Positions 25,374-35,369 of a stretch of 64,000 bases of DNA are shown piece after piece. Position numbers and translations under genes: made by a program. The first letter of the stretch is position 1, and each line of letters opens with the position of its first letter. The notes below the pieces were generated by a model. That model had not been told where the DNA came from. It did not search any database and was given only the letters and a program-made list of their open reading frames with translations. The stretch comes from Neoechinorhynchus agilis (taxonomy: Eukaryota; Animalia; Acanthocephala): contig CM121342.1 in the NCBI GenBank assembly GCA_051530055.1, forward strand, positions 3,657,489-3,721,488, given 5' to 3'.

Positions 25374-25811
25374 CTAAAAAAATGGATATTTCCAAGGATT
25401 GCTTTCCTTTTCTTTTGAATTTTTCTTGGTGATCTTCTCTTTCCTTGACTTAAAAACTCGCTGGTAACATTTTGCATTCGCAGCTATCACAGTAACATCG
25501 TTCCGCGCGGAAAGTGTTATTCCATTCCGTAACCGAAAATCCTTAAGGATTAACGTAAAAATATTGTCGTAGAGCCGAAATGCTCGTAGTGTTCCAAAGC
25601 ATTTAGTTTTTTTAGCTTGCCGAAATAACCACGAATTCAACATGACACCGTCGAATATCTTCATAATTTCTTCTTCTATATCATTGGGAATATCTCCACA
25701 GTGAACTAAATGGCCGATGGTATCCTGAAGTGTTTTTCCGATCGTAGTTTTTCGATAAATTCTATGGTGGTTATAGGAATCCAAAATAGTTAGGTCGCTC
25801 GGATCTTCCAT
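25374..25811 (-). CDS. GTF2A2-like: Divergent TFIIA gamma (small) subunit-like protein
   Basis: IYRKTTIGKTLQDTI...FDGVM...FGTLRAFRLYDNIFTLILKD...VTVIAANAK aligns by eye to TFIIA-gamma (LYRNTTLGNSLQESL...YRFCDNVWTFVLND...VKIVACDGK). It has a basic C-terminal extension. Confidence 0.8.
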   Translation of the reverse strand: MEDPSDLTILDSYNHHRIYRKTTIGKTLQDTIGHLVHCGDIPNDIEEEIMKIFDGVMLNSWLFRQAKKTKCFGTLRAFRLYDNIFTLILKDFRLRNGITLSARNDVTVIAANAKCYQRVFKSRKEKITKKNSKEKESNPWKYPFF

Positions 25812-26470
25812 GTTGACTTTTGGAAACTTGGGTTTCCAATGAAGTGTTCGCGACGATTTTTTAAAACCAAGGATTTCGGTCTCGAGTCGTAATCACGAAC
25901 GTTAGACTTTGCTTAGTGAATATTAAGCCGAAAACAAGGTTTGTAGGTTTCAAAACATTTGAAACTTCGCTTATTGAAAAAAAAACATCGGTCCTCGTGA
26001 AACTGACAAAAGAAATATAGTTTCTTATGTAACATCTCAGAGGGATGGATCATGGACGAAAAATGTTTTAAAGTCGACTGAAAGCTAAAAAATTGGCAAG
26101 TATTGGCCACAAAAAGCACGACATGATTGTTCCTGTTTAACTCCGGAACTCGAGCCACCTAAAGATCATTAAAGGCAAACTTTTGCTTTGTTTCCTTCCA
26201 TCGTTTTGACCCTTTTAATGTGTATCGATTATTTTATAAGTCGATATTTGTTCCTCGGTCTTATCAATCAAATTGAATGGGTGATTTGGTGTCGACGATT
26301 TAGAATCGCTGCAGTCGTATCGATACGCCGTAAAGCGTTATTGCGTTCACGAAGATAGGTCTTTGGCCAGTGTAATTTTCGTTTAAAGATACCCGTGAGA
26401 GTCGGGATCCTTTCGAATTTCTAAGTGTTCTCCGTAAAAGATTGGAGCAAAAATACTTAACCTGAATTCA

Positions 26471-26762
26471 TCAGATTGGATAAGTTTTCGATCGGTCGAT
26501 TGAGCCGAATATACGGCTCTTTCCTGTGAGCCTATCGTATTGTCCAGTCCCCTTCTTTTTTAACGTGTCCTTTATATTCCCGATTTTCAGCTTTCTCTTA
26601 AGACCAACATCGCAGATTTTGATAGCTCGCCGGACCAAATAACAATTTATCTAACAACGACCAGAATAACGATTTGATCATCAAAATGGTTTATAATGAA
26701 AGTAATCGTGAGTTTGATGTCCTTTCTCTATAGAAAAATTCTAACAGAGATTTGGATGTATT
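26471..26762 (-). CDS. Possible hidden multi-exon gene with an H4-like histone-fold segment (speculative)
   Basis: Frame 26650-26471 reads INCYLVRRAIKICDVGLKRKLKIGNIKDTLKKKGTGQY. It joins upstream in frame through 20-nt (26651-26670) and 18-nt (26728-26745) GT-AG segments. No start codon was located. Confidence 0.3.
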
Positions 26763-27432
26763 CTAAAATATACAAGGAATTAAAATTGAAAGCTATACAG
26801 AAAAGGGATTTATTTGATTGGATGGTGGTGAAAAAAAGAATTATCAGTCTCGAATCTTGACGTTTTGAAGTCAGTCATTAGACTATTGACTATGAAATAT
26901 GGAGAAAAGATTATCGTGAGCTCAGATGAACAATTATTTGAAATAAATGGGAAGAGTGAGGCCAAAGATTAAGAAAGGAAATGACTAAGGCGTTAAATCA
27001 AACAAAAATCTTGATTTTTCTTCGAAGGAAAATGTGAATCGGACTGGATACTAAAAGGTTAGGAAATTGAATGACAAAATTCGCGAAATCGAATCGAATA
27101 AAGTTTAAAATATAATGCAATCAACGATATGGAAGTTTAATGTGAATGAAACTTAAATTTTTCGACCATTTGATTTTGTCAGTTTGCGTTATTAATAAAA
27201 TTAAGAAGCGAGATCAGCGATCAATACAAAAGAGTCCATTTAATTTGTGCTCTAAACGTGAAATAAGTACATTGATCAAATTATTATGAAACCTCATAAA
27301 CTTTGGCAGTTTTGTTATAATCAAATGATAGATTCCTCATTACCAATCATTAGGCTTGAAAACATAAATGTTTTGGTAAAAATATTTTAAACAACAAATT
27401 GCTTAAAACGAGTTGTTTGAAAACATTGGGGG

Positions 27433-27439
27433 TATATAA
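27433..27439 (+). promoter_or_regulatory. TATA box of the secreted repeat protein gene
   Basis: GGTATATAAG about 75 nt upstream of the ATG at 27510. Confidence 0.55.
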
Positions 27440-27509
27440 GGAGGCTCGTGATTGCTCAAAGTTCAAATCTCCATCTCCTCTCAACTACGAATCAATCTCT
27501 CAGTCTTCA

Positions 27510-29489
27510 ATGCGATCCGCAATTGTCTTTGGTTTGATATTTGCACTTGGCTTCGTTGCCGTGTCCGCCAGGACGAAATCAAAAAACGCTGAAGGAACTT
27601 CCAATGGGGACTCTACGGGGATAACAGAAGGAGAAAATGAATTGGGAAATGGAGGAGGAAATAATGGAAAGAAGGGTGGTAAGGGAATGGGTAACACGAC
27701 ATCGGAGGAATCGAGCAGCGGTGATGATACTTCCAATGAGGACTCTACAGGGATAACAGAAGGAGAAAATGAAGTGAGAAATGGAGGAGGAAATAATGGA
27801 CAGAAGGGTGGTAAGGGAATGGGTAACACGACATCGGAGGAATCGAGCAGCGGTGATGATACTTCCAATGAGGACTCTACAGGGATAACAGAAGGAGAAA
27901 ATGAAGTGAGAAATGGAGGAGGAAATAATGGACAGAAGGGTGGTAAGGGAATGGGTAACACGACATCGGAGGAATCGAGCAGCGGTGATGATACTTCCAA
28001 TGAGGACTCTACAGGGATAACAGAAGGAGAAAATGAAGTGAGAAATGGAGGAGGAAATAATGGACAGAAGGGTGGTAAGGGAATGGGTAACACGACATCG
28101 GAGGAATCGAGCAGCGGTGATGATACTTCCAATGAGGACTCTACAGGGATAACAGAAGGAGAAAATGAAGTGAGAAATGGAGGAGGAAATAATGGACAGA
28201 AGGGTGGTAAGGGAATGGGTAACACGACATCGGAGGAATCGAGCAGCGGTGATGATACTTCCAATGAGGACTCTACAGGGATAACAGAAGGAGAAAATGA
28301 AGTGAGAAATCAAAAAAGAAATACGGAAAAGATGGAAGGTGATGGAATGGATAAACAAACGACACCCAAGGAATCGAGCAGCGGTGATGATGCTTCCAAT
28401 GAGGACTCTACAGGGATAACAGAAGGAGAAAATGAATTGGGAAATAGAGGAGGAAATAATGACAGAAGGGTGGTATGAAAAGAGTAGACAAAAGACATCG
28501 AGGAAATCGAGCAGCGGTGATGATACTTCCAATGGGGACTCTACAGGGATAACAGAAGGAGAAATGAATTGGGAAATAGAGGAAGAAATAATGGAAAGAA
28601 GGAGGTGGGGGAAAGGTAAACAAAAGACATCGAGGAAATCGAGCAGCGGTGATGATACTTCCAATGGGGACTCTACAGGGATAACAGAAGGAGAAATGAA
28701 TTGGGAAATAGAGGAGGAAATAATGTGACAGAAGGGTGGTAAGGAAAAGAGTAGACAAACGACATCGAGGAAATCGAGCAGCGGTGATGATACTTCCAAT
28801 GGGGACTCTACAGGGATAACAGAAGGAGAAAATGAATTGGGAAATAGAGGAAGAAATAATGGAAAGAAGGGAGGTGGGGGAAAGGGTAAACAAAAGACAT
28901 CGAGGAAATCGAGCAGCGGTGATGATACTTCCAATGGGGACTCTACAGGGATAACAGAAGGAGAAAATGAATTGGGAAATAGAGGAGGAAATAATGGACA
29001 GAAGGGTGGTAAGGAAAAGAGTAGACAAAAGACATCGAGGAAATCGAGCAGCGGTGATGATACTTCCAATGGGGACTCTACAGGGATAACAGAAGGAGAA
29101 AATGAATTGGGAAATAGAGGAAGAAATAATGGAAAGAAGGGAGGTAAGGAAAAGAGTAGAAAACAAAAGACATCGAGGAAATCGAGCAAAGCGGTGATGA
29201 TACTTCCAATGGGGACTCTACAGGGATAACAGAAGGAGAAAATGAATTGGGAAATAGAGGAGGAAATAATGGACAGAAGGGTGGTAAGGAAAAGAGTAGA
29301 CAAACGACATCGAGGAAATCGAGCAGCGGTGATGATACTTCCAATGGGGACTCTACAGGGATAACAGAAGGAGAAAATGAATTGGGAAATAGAGGAAGAA
29401 ATAATGGAAAGAAGGGAGGTGGGGGAAAGGGTAAACAAAAGACACCCAAGCGAGAAATCGAAGAGGACCAAGAAGAGGACGACATTTGA
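27510..29489 (+). CDS. Secreted low-complexity tandem-repeat protein (Gly/Asn/Lys and Ser/Glu/Asp blocks), proteoglycan-like
   Basis: Signal peptide MRSAIVFGLIFALGFVAVSA; about 14 copies of a 132-bp/44-aa unit containing SSSGDD. Frameshifts at 28.4-29.2 kb are probably assembly indels. Ends at EEDQEEDDI*. Confidence 0.8.
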
Positions 29490-30089
29490 AATGATTGGTC
29501 CGTAGGTTTTATAAAGATGACAGATCGTCCAAAATGATTTATCATCTTTAGAATATTAGATAGCCGGTGAGACGGTCTCTCATTGAGATTGTTTCCCGAA
29601 TAAACACTTCTGCATTATGTTTTTTTTGTGCTCGGCTGGAGTACGACGATTCCATTTGGGTGATTGATTGCTGACGTTCGATTATTGCTTTTGGTACATG
29701 AATAGAGAATATTGAGGAGATTTATTTGGAAGGAGCTCACAAGCATGGCTACGTTTCGAATGATCTCAATGATATCATCGTGAGCGTTTCATGTCAATTC
29801 ATTTCCATAGTTTAGTAGAGGCCAAATTTGCAGGAATGAGGCCGGAATGTCCTTTGAATTTTTAATACTGCTGTCGATGTTTAGGATTTGTTTTTCTTTA
29901 GAACTTGCGATTTTGTGCAGTTTTTATTTTTTAGATCGACTTTTTTTATTGCGAGGTTAGTGATAAAAGGAAGGTCCACAATCTATTAAAAAATTGAGCG
30001 TAGAAAATTGTCTAATTTTACGTTCTCTCTCTCGTCAACGATCTCTCGTCAATCGTCAGCGATTAGTCCGGAATGGTGTTTTTTGCTGC

Positions 30090-30572
30090 ATGAGCCCGAA
30101 ATCCGAGTCGAAGGATTTTGAAAAGAAAGGAATGCCAATGAAAGCAAAAGTTATTTTGCCAAATAAAAATCCCAAACCGCAGATTCCATCGCCCATTGAT
30201 AAAGATGAGATAAAAACGCCCGAAAATAATAAATACGAAGATATCGGCTCGAAAATTAATCTACCTGAAATAAAAAAGCAAATTGAATTGCTTGATGTTG
30301 ACAAAAGTGGATTTGGGGAGGCTGAACGACTTAAATTTCAATTGAAAAGCAGACTGAATGTTTCTGATGAAATCTTGGACGCTGTTCTTCACAACATTGG
30401 AATCGACGAAGACGGTCATGTTGATCTTTTTCGTTTCGCTAATGAGCTTGCAAAAACGCTTAAATTAACAATAAAAAAGCTAAGCGTTTTTTCTTTTGCA
30501 CTAATTGAAATTTTCTCACTTGAACATTCCTTTGTTCAAGAACTTCTCTCGATATCAATTAATTGCATCTGA
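30090..30572 (+). CDS. EF-hand-like protein copy 2 (near-identical duplicate with extended C-terminus)
   Basis: About 30047-30470 duplicates about 24912-25336 with four amino-acid changes (R>K, K>R, Y>H, D>N). The copy 1 stop codon is absent, so the ORF reads on. Confidence 0.55.
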   Translation: MSPKSESKDFEKKGMPMKAKVILPNKNPKPQIPSPIDKDEIKTPENNKYEDIGSKINLPEIKKQIELLDVDKSGFGEAERLKFQLKSRLNVSDEILDAVLHNIGIDEDGHVDLFRFANELAKTLKLTIKKLSVFSFALIEIFSLEHSFVQELLSISINCI

Positions 30573-30978
30573 TTGACAAAGACCTTTTTCTGCTCTCTAT
30601 CCAATATTTCATCTTCCATTTATCGAGAAATGGCAAGGTGAACCTTTGGTTAACCGAAGGACTAGTAATCGATGTTTTCTCTCTTAGTGGAAGAAAAGTT
30701 TCAACACATCTTTTCTCGAAACGATTTCTTGTGCATTTTAGTAGAAACTGGAAATAACGTGAAATCGCTGACGAGGAAACGATGAGTGGATCCCTAAAAA
30801 TAGGATAAATTGGTTGTCGAGAGAACCGCAACCACTCGAGAGAGAGAAAAATGCGATAGTGAGAAAAATTCACAAAAATCGGATTGGTTACGGCTAGAAT
30901 GTTTCGTTAAAAAAATAGCGGCACTGATATGTTTAAGTTCGTATCGCAAAAAAAGGCAGTTCACATAGTTCAGTTAGA

Positions 30979-31146
30979 CTTACAAAAACATTTCTTTGAA
31001 CTTTTCTCTCAGTTGAGAGGTCGTTCTTTTCAGCATTGTCGTTTTTCGTTTTTGTTCTCCTTTCCCAGCGTCTTGAAATCTCCGCTCACACTGTCCTTCC
31101 ACTTCTTTTTGGGCCTCCTTCTTTTCCCCTCGAGCTCGATTCTCCA
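30979..31146 (-). mobile_element. 5-prime-truncated RTE-like LINE insertion with 12-bp target-site duplication
   Basis: Minus strand reads WRIELEGKRRRPKKKWKDSVSGDFKTLG (RTE C-terminal motif). AGTTCAGTTAGA flanks it at 30967-30978 and 31147-31158. Confidence 0.7.
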
Positions 31147-31273
31147 AGTTCAGTTAGATTTAAATAGCCGATAAAAGGCGAAAAAAACCTTTGAGGGTCT
31201 ACCTGTCTTTTGTTGTGTCGCATACATAAACCTTCATTGTCTCAACTAATTCTATCCCGCCTTTTCTCGCGTG

Positions 31274-31281
31274 TATATAAA
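31274..31281 (+). promoter_or_regulatory. TATA box of the BLVRB-like gene
   Basis: TATATAAA about 85 nt upstream of the ATG at 31359. Confidence 0.55.
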
Positions 31282-31358
31282 CACTGAGCTCGCAAACGCT
31301 TGTCATACCGCCAGTTTCATTTCTAACGTCTACAATTCAGCTCTCTTGATTTTGAACT

Positions 31359-32015
31359 ATGAAACTCGCAGTATTCGGAGCAACGGGAGCATTGGGCCGG
31401 AATGTTATCAAGGAGGCTTGTACTCGGAAATATGAAGTAACAGCACTCGTCCGATCTCCAGAAAAGCTAAACGATTTAAAGGATCATCCAAATTTAACGA
31501 TTAAGAAAGTCGATATAAGCTCAGATCCAATCGAATCGATTCATCTCAATGAGTATGATGCGGTCATTAGTTGTCTGGGACATGCGGGAATCCCGATTCG
31601 TCCGATTACTCTCTATAGTGACACCATCAAACGGATCATCGAAGCTATGAAAGCAGCACACAAACGCAGACTGGTCGTGTGTTCAGCAAGTTTTTCTAAA
31701 CCGTTTTTGAACGAATATCCTTACGTGTTCTATCGCCTTTTTCTAAGACCCATGATTGGACGCCATTTGGATGATATGTACAGGATGGAACAAATTCTTG
31801 AAGCAGAATCTGATATCGATTATACAATCGTGAGGCCAGGGCACTTACTCAACAAAGATCCCGTTTCGGATTTCAAGAGAGTCGTCCGTGAAGGATATTA
31901 TAATCCTGATTCTAAAAGACAAATTCCTAGATCAGAATTGGCGAAATTTATGATCGATGAAGCGCAAGAAGCAAAATTTGTCAAGAAAGGAGTGACGATC
32001 GATGAAGCCAAGTAG
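31359..32015 (+). CDS. BLVRB-like: NAD(P)H-binding atypical SDR, flavin reductase/biliverdin reductase B-like
   Basis: MKLAVFGATGALG Rossmann motif, VTALVRSPEKL, DAVISCLG, DYTIVRPG, IPRSELAKFM. Intronless. Confidence 0.88.
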   Translation: MKLAVFGATGALGRNVIKEACTRKYEVTALVRSPEKLNDLKDHPNLTIKKVDISSDPIESIHLNEYDAVISCLGHAGIPIRPITLYSDTIKRIIEAMKAAHKRRLVVCSASFSKPFLNEYPYVFYRLFLRPMIGRHLDDMYRMEQILEAESDIDYTIVRPGHLLNKDPVSDFKRVVREGYYNPDSKRQIPRSELAKFMIDEAQEAKFVKKGVTIDEAK

Positions 32016-32455
32016 GTTTCGTTTAGGCGATCTTACGATTAAAATAAAAAAAGAGGCTTTCCAGAGTTGGTTTCAGTGGTGTCGTTTGAGGTTTGGTATT
32101 GTACGAAACTTAAAAAAAACCCAAAATTATCAAACCCTATGATTAAGGTTTCTTCAAAGATGCTCTATCGAATGCAAAAGTCCCTTGATACCGTCTTAAT
32201 TTCACAAAATACACTTATTTTCACTGGGTTTTTTTAAAAAGTTGGACGAGCTTACGAAAGCCCAATAAAGAGCACACAGAATATCGTAAAGTTTCACATC
32301 TTTGAGAAAAAAAGATTGCAATTGTTTGATTGGCTGAACAACACGATATTTAGTATCGAATGCTGACTCTAAACCATTAAAGTCAGGTTAAAAATACAAA
32401 ACGTTGTTTATATGAGCAAGTTAGATAAGATTTCTATATAATTAAGACAACTGCG

Positions 32456-34617
32456 TTATAATATCGGTTGTTTGAAGAGAAACGAGACGGATTCTCCATA
32501 ATGTGTCCTTCTAATTGCTTCTGCAAAGACTCCTGAAACGTCGAACACTTTAAACATGTTCGATTCCCTTATAATCTCATTTTGTGGAACCGTATTTGAA
32601 AGAACGAAGATCTGGATATCTTGCTTACCAATGAGTTTCGTTATGGTTCCGGGCGAAAACACTGCATGAGTGACAACCACTTTGATGTCCTTCACGCCTT
32701 CTTCTTTTAACTTTATAACTGCTGCCATCACCGTCCTACACGATTCAGCCAAGTCATCAATAATGATAGCGGATTTTCCTTGAACATTTCCGACTAGAAC
32801 AAGCTCCTCAGTTTTTAAGTCCGTCTCAGTGGCCGTTCGTCTTTTATTGCAATGGATTAATGCCATGTCGCAACCTATTTCACAAGCGATTGAAGCGACT
32901 CGTTTAGTTCCTCCAGCGTCCGGACTAACAAAAACCACGTTGTCAATGTCACTCACATTCTCTCGAATCCAACTAATAATGGTTGGTTCAGCGTATAGAT
33001 TATCGACAGGGAAATCGAAAAATCCTTGTATTTGAGAAGCATGTAAGTCCATAGTTATCACATGGTCGCATCCGGCTGCACTTAACATATTTGCAATGAG
33101 TTTGGCAGAAACCGCACATTTACTCATCGCTTTAACGTCTTGGTGGGCGTAAGGAAAACAAGGAATGACGGCTGTAATTCGTCGAGCACTCGCTTCTTTA
33201 CAGTTTGCTATTAAAATCAAAAGCTCCATTATAAGAAGGCGTAAAATAAATGATCAACAAGTAAGCAAATCATCAAATGCCCAAACGAATTATTGTCTAA
33301 AAGTAGACTCGATTTTTTCACTAAAAACGTTCTGAGAACCTCGTCGCATTCATCATCAGTTTCTTAGTTTTCTTGAGCGTCTTTTAATTACTAACAAACT
33401 TATGATGAATGCCACGAGATTCGCAGAACGTCTTTAGTGAAAAAAATCGAGTGAGGAGACTTTTAGACAATAATTCTTCTAATCATATAACCCAATACCT
33501 CCTCTCACATAAAATCGCCGTCTATAATTTAAATCAATATTAGGGAAGCCTATAGCTCGCTCCTTCAAAAGATCTCTTATGTTAGATGCTCAACACCGTT
33601 TTTATGTTTGTTTTCGTGGCAATTTGACACCACAAAAATCCCTAGAATAATTCAATTTTTGAACACCGTTTTTTATGTCTAAACATTGAATTAGGGAAAA
33701 TCCTAGAACTTAGTCTTCTTTCACTATTGTTCTCTTGAAAATAAGTCCAATATTTCGCGAAAACAAGGACAAACTTTGGGAAAATCATTCAAATTGAAAT
33801 CCAAGGAGAATTTTTGTTATTAAAAGAAAATATTCTTCCTAGAACCCCGGCGAAGATCCATATAAAAAATGTGAACAATTCAATGTTTAGACATAAAAAA
33901 CGGTTTTTAAAGCTCGAACTTTTCTAATGTTTGTTTTTGTGGCGTAACTTGCAAAACAATCTTGTAAAAAAGGCGTACAAAATTGTACCAAAAACAATCG
34001 AATTTAACCAAAATTCTTTTTAAATTTTACGCCACAAACTACGTTTTAGGAGTTTTTCCTAATTCCATACTGAAGAAAAATTTATTTCAGCACCAAAAAA
34101 GTCCGGATTAATCCAAACGAATCAAAAGTTACAATTTGAAGAGCCGAAATTACGACAGCAATGGAATAGATTCGAGCAATTTCGAGCAAAATAGGACCAA
34201 ATACTAAGGATTTTTCTAGAAAAACTGATTGTTCGGCGGGAAACTTCAAAAAAAAAAGAAGTTAAGAATTATCAAATGTACATATTTTTGAGACGGTATT
34301 GATTCATTGCGAAAATCTTAGGGAGTTTGACCCCAAAAAAGAGGCAATCAAAGAAGTTCGATTGAAAAAAGGGATCATTTAAAAATTTAAGCCTTCCTTA
34401 AGGATTCGTTAACATTGGCAGGTCCTGAGCTTTGAATAATAAAGACGTCTTGTCCTCTAATGCTTTCATCGACACTAATCGTAAGTTCTCCACTATTTCC
34501 TCGTTTATAAATCAGTTTTCCGGGTTGCGTAGACAAACGTCGGCAAATCCGATCAGCAAAATCAGGATGGGAGCTACAACTGAAGATCTTCATCTCATTG
34601 GCATCAGCACTTGGCAT
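32456..34617 (-). CDS. PRPS1: Ribose-phosphate pyrophosphokinase, two exons (34617-34399 + 33229-32456)
   Basis: MKIFSCSSHPD, ESIRGQDVFIIQS, AVIPCFPYAHQD, MDLHASQIQGFFD, VSPDAGG. The join NVNESL|MELLIL matches human INDNLMELLIM. Confidence 0.93.
33287..33476. mobile_element. Palindromic MITE-like element (GAATTATT...AATAATTC) inside the PRPS intron
   Basis: Long inverted arms. It shares both termini and the ACGTTCTG(A/C)GAACCTC core with the 52635-52804 element. Confidence 0.75.
33667..33903. repeat. 27-bp inverted repeat pair inside the PRPS intron
   Basis: CCGTTTTTTATGTCTAAACATTGAATT and AATTCAATGTTTAGACATAAAAAACGG. Confidence 0.75.
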
Positions 34618-35369
34618 CTCGGTTGGTTTTGCTGCTGCTGCTGCTATAACGACGTGTGGGATAGTGCGAACGGGAAGCGAGGAAGAAGCGAGCGTTTCTG
34701 GACGAGATAATGCCTCTCGGAAAATCGCGAATGATGAGTGCCGTATGATAATGAGATTCTGTCACTTTTTCCAACTGCGTCTCATGAAGATCTATTCTCG
34801 AAAAAATAATCCTTCTTGGTTTAAGACGCAAATTCGAAGTTTAAAATCATCAAACGTTCAATCGACATGTCAAACGTTCAGTTTGAAAAACAACAACTTC
34901 ATAGTTCTCAGTTGCAAAGTGATTGATATCTTTTAAAAATTCTTTGTTGCTGAAAGAAATGAAACCATAGACGAGTTTTTCTCTACCTCCACTTGCGGCT
35001 CAATCTTCCACTCACAATCAAGGACCCAAAAGATACATGGATCCTTTGCTTTGTTAACAAATAAAAGGTGCTGCTTCACCTCATATCTTATAAAGAATTC
35101 AAAATCGAATTAAAGATTTATCAAATATTATAAGTGGTTCGGTTGTCTTAATTGTATCGCATTTGGGTCCAAACTCAGTTGGACGTCCGAGGGTGGCAAA
35201 TCTTCATATAAGTTTTTTAACTAACAACCTAATCCATTCTGAAGCCTCCCAACCATTTGAATGACTTTAAAACAATGATTTTCAACCTTCTGTACACCGA
35301 AAATCTCATTTTACACTATACTGAATTTTAAAAAGTAAATATTGATGGAATAATTGTACTAAAGAACCT

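Larger units (their letters stand above)
33230..34398 (-). other. Putative non-canonical intron (TTA|AGGAAGGC...GCCTTCTTATA|ATG), 1169 nt
   Basis: No GT or AG at the conserved junction. TA direct repeat. AGGAAGGCTTAAA pairs with TTTACGCCTTCTT, 12/13 bp including one G-U. Confidence 0.85.

Noticed and set aside
27500-29545. Long minus-strand hydrophobic ORFs (254, 630, 252, 155 aa)
   Set aside because: They are antisense shadows of the purine-rich repeat gene; the plus strand has the signal peptide and TATA box.
34432-34936. Plus- and minus-strand ORFs over the PRPS 5-prime end
   Set aside because: They overlap PRPS exon 1 and its promoter, with low-complexity GCT runs and no protein features.
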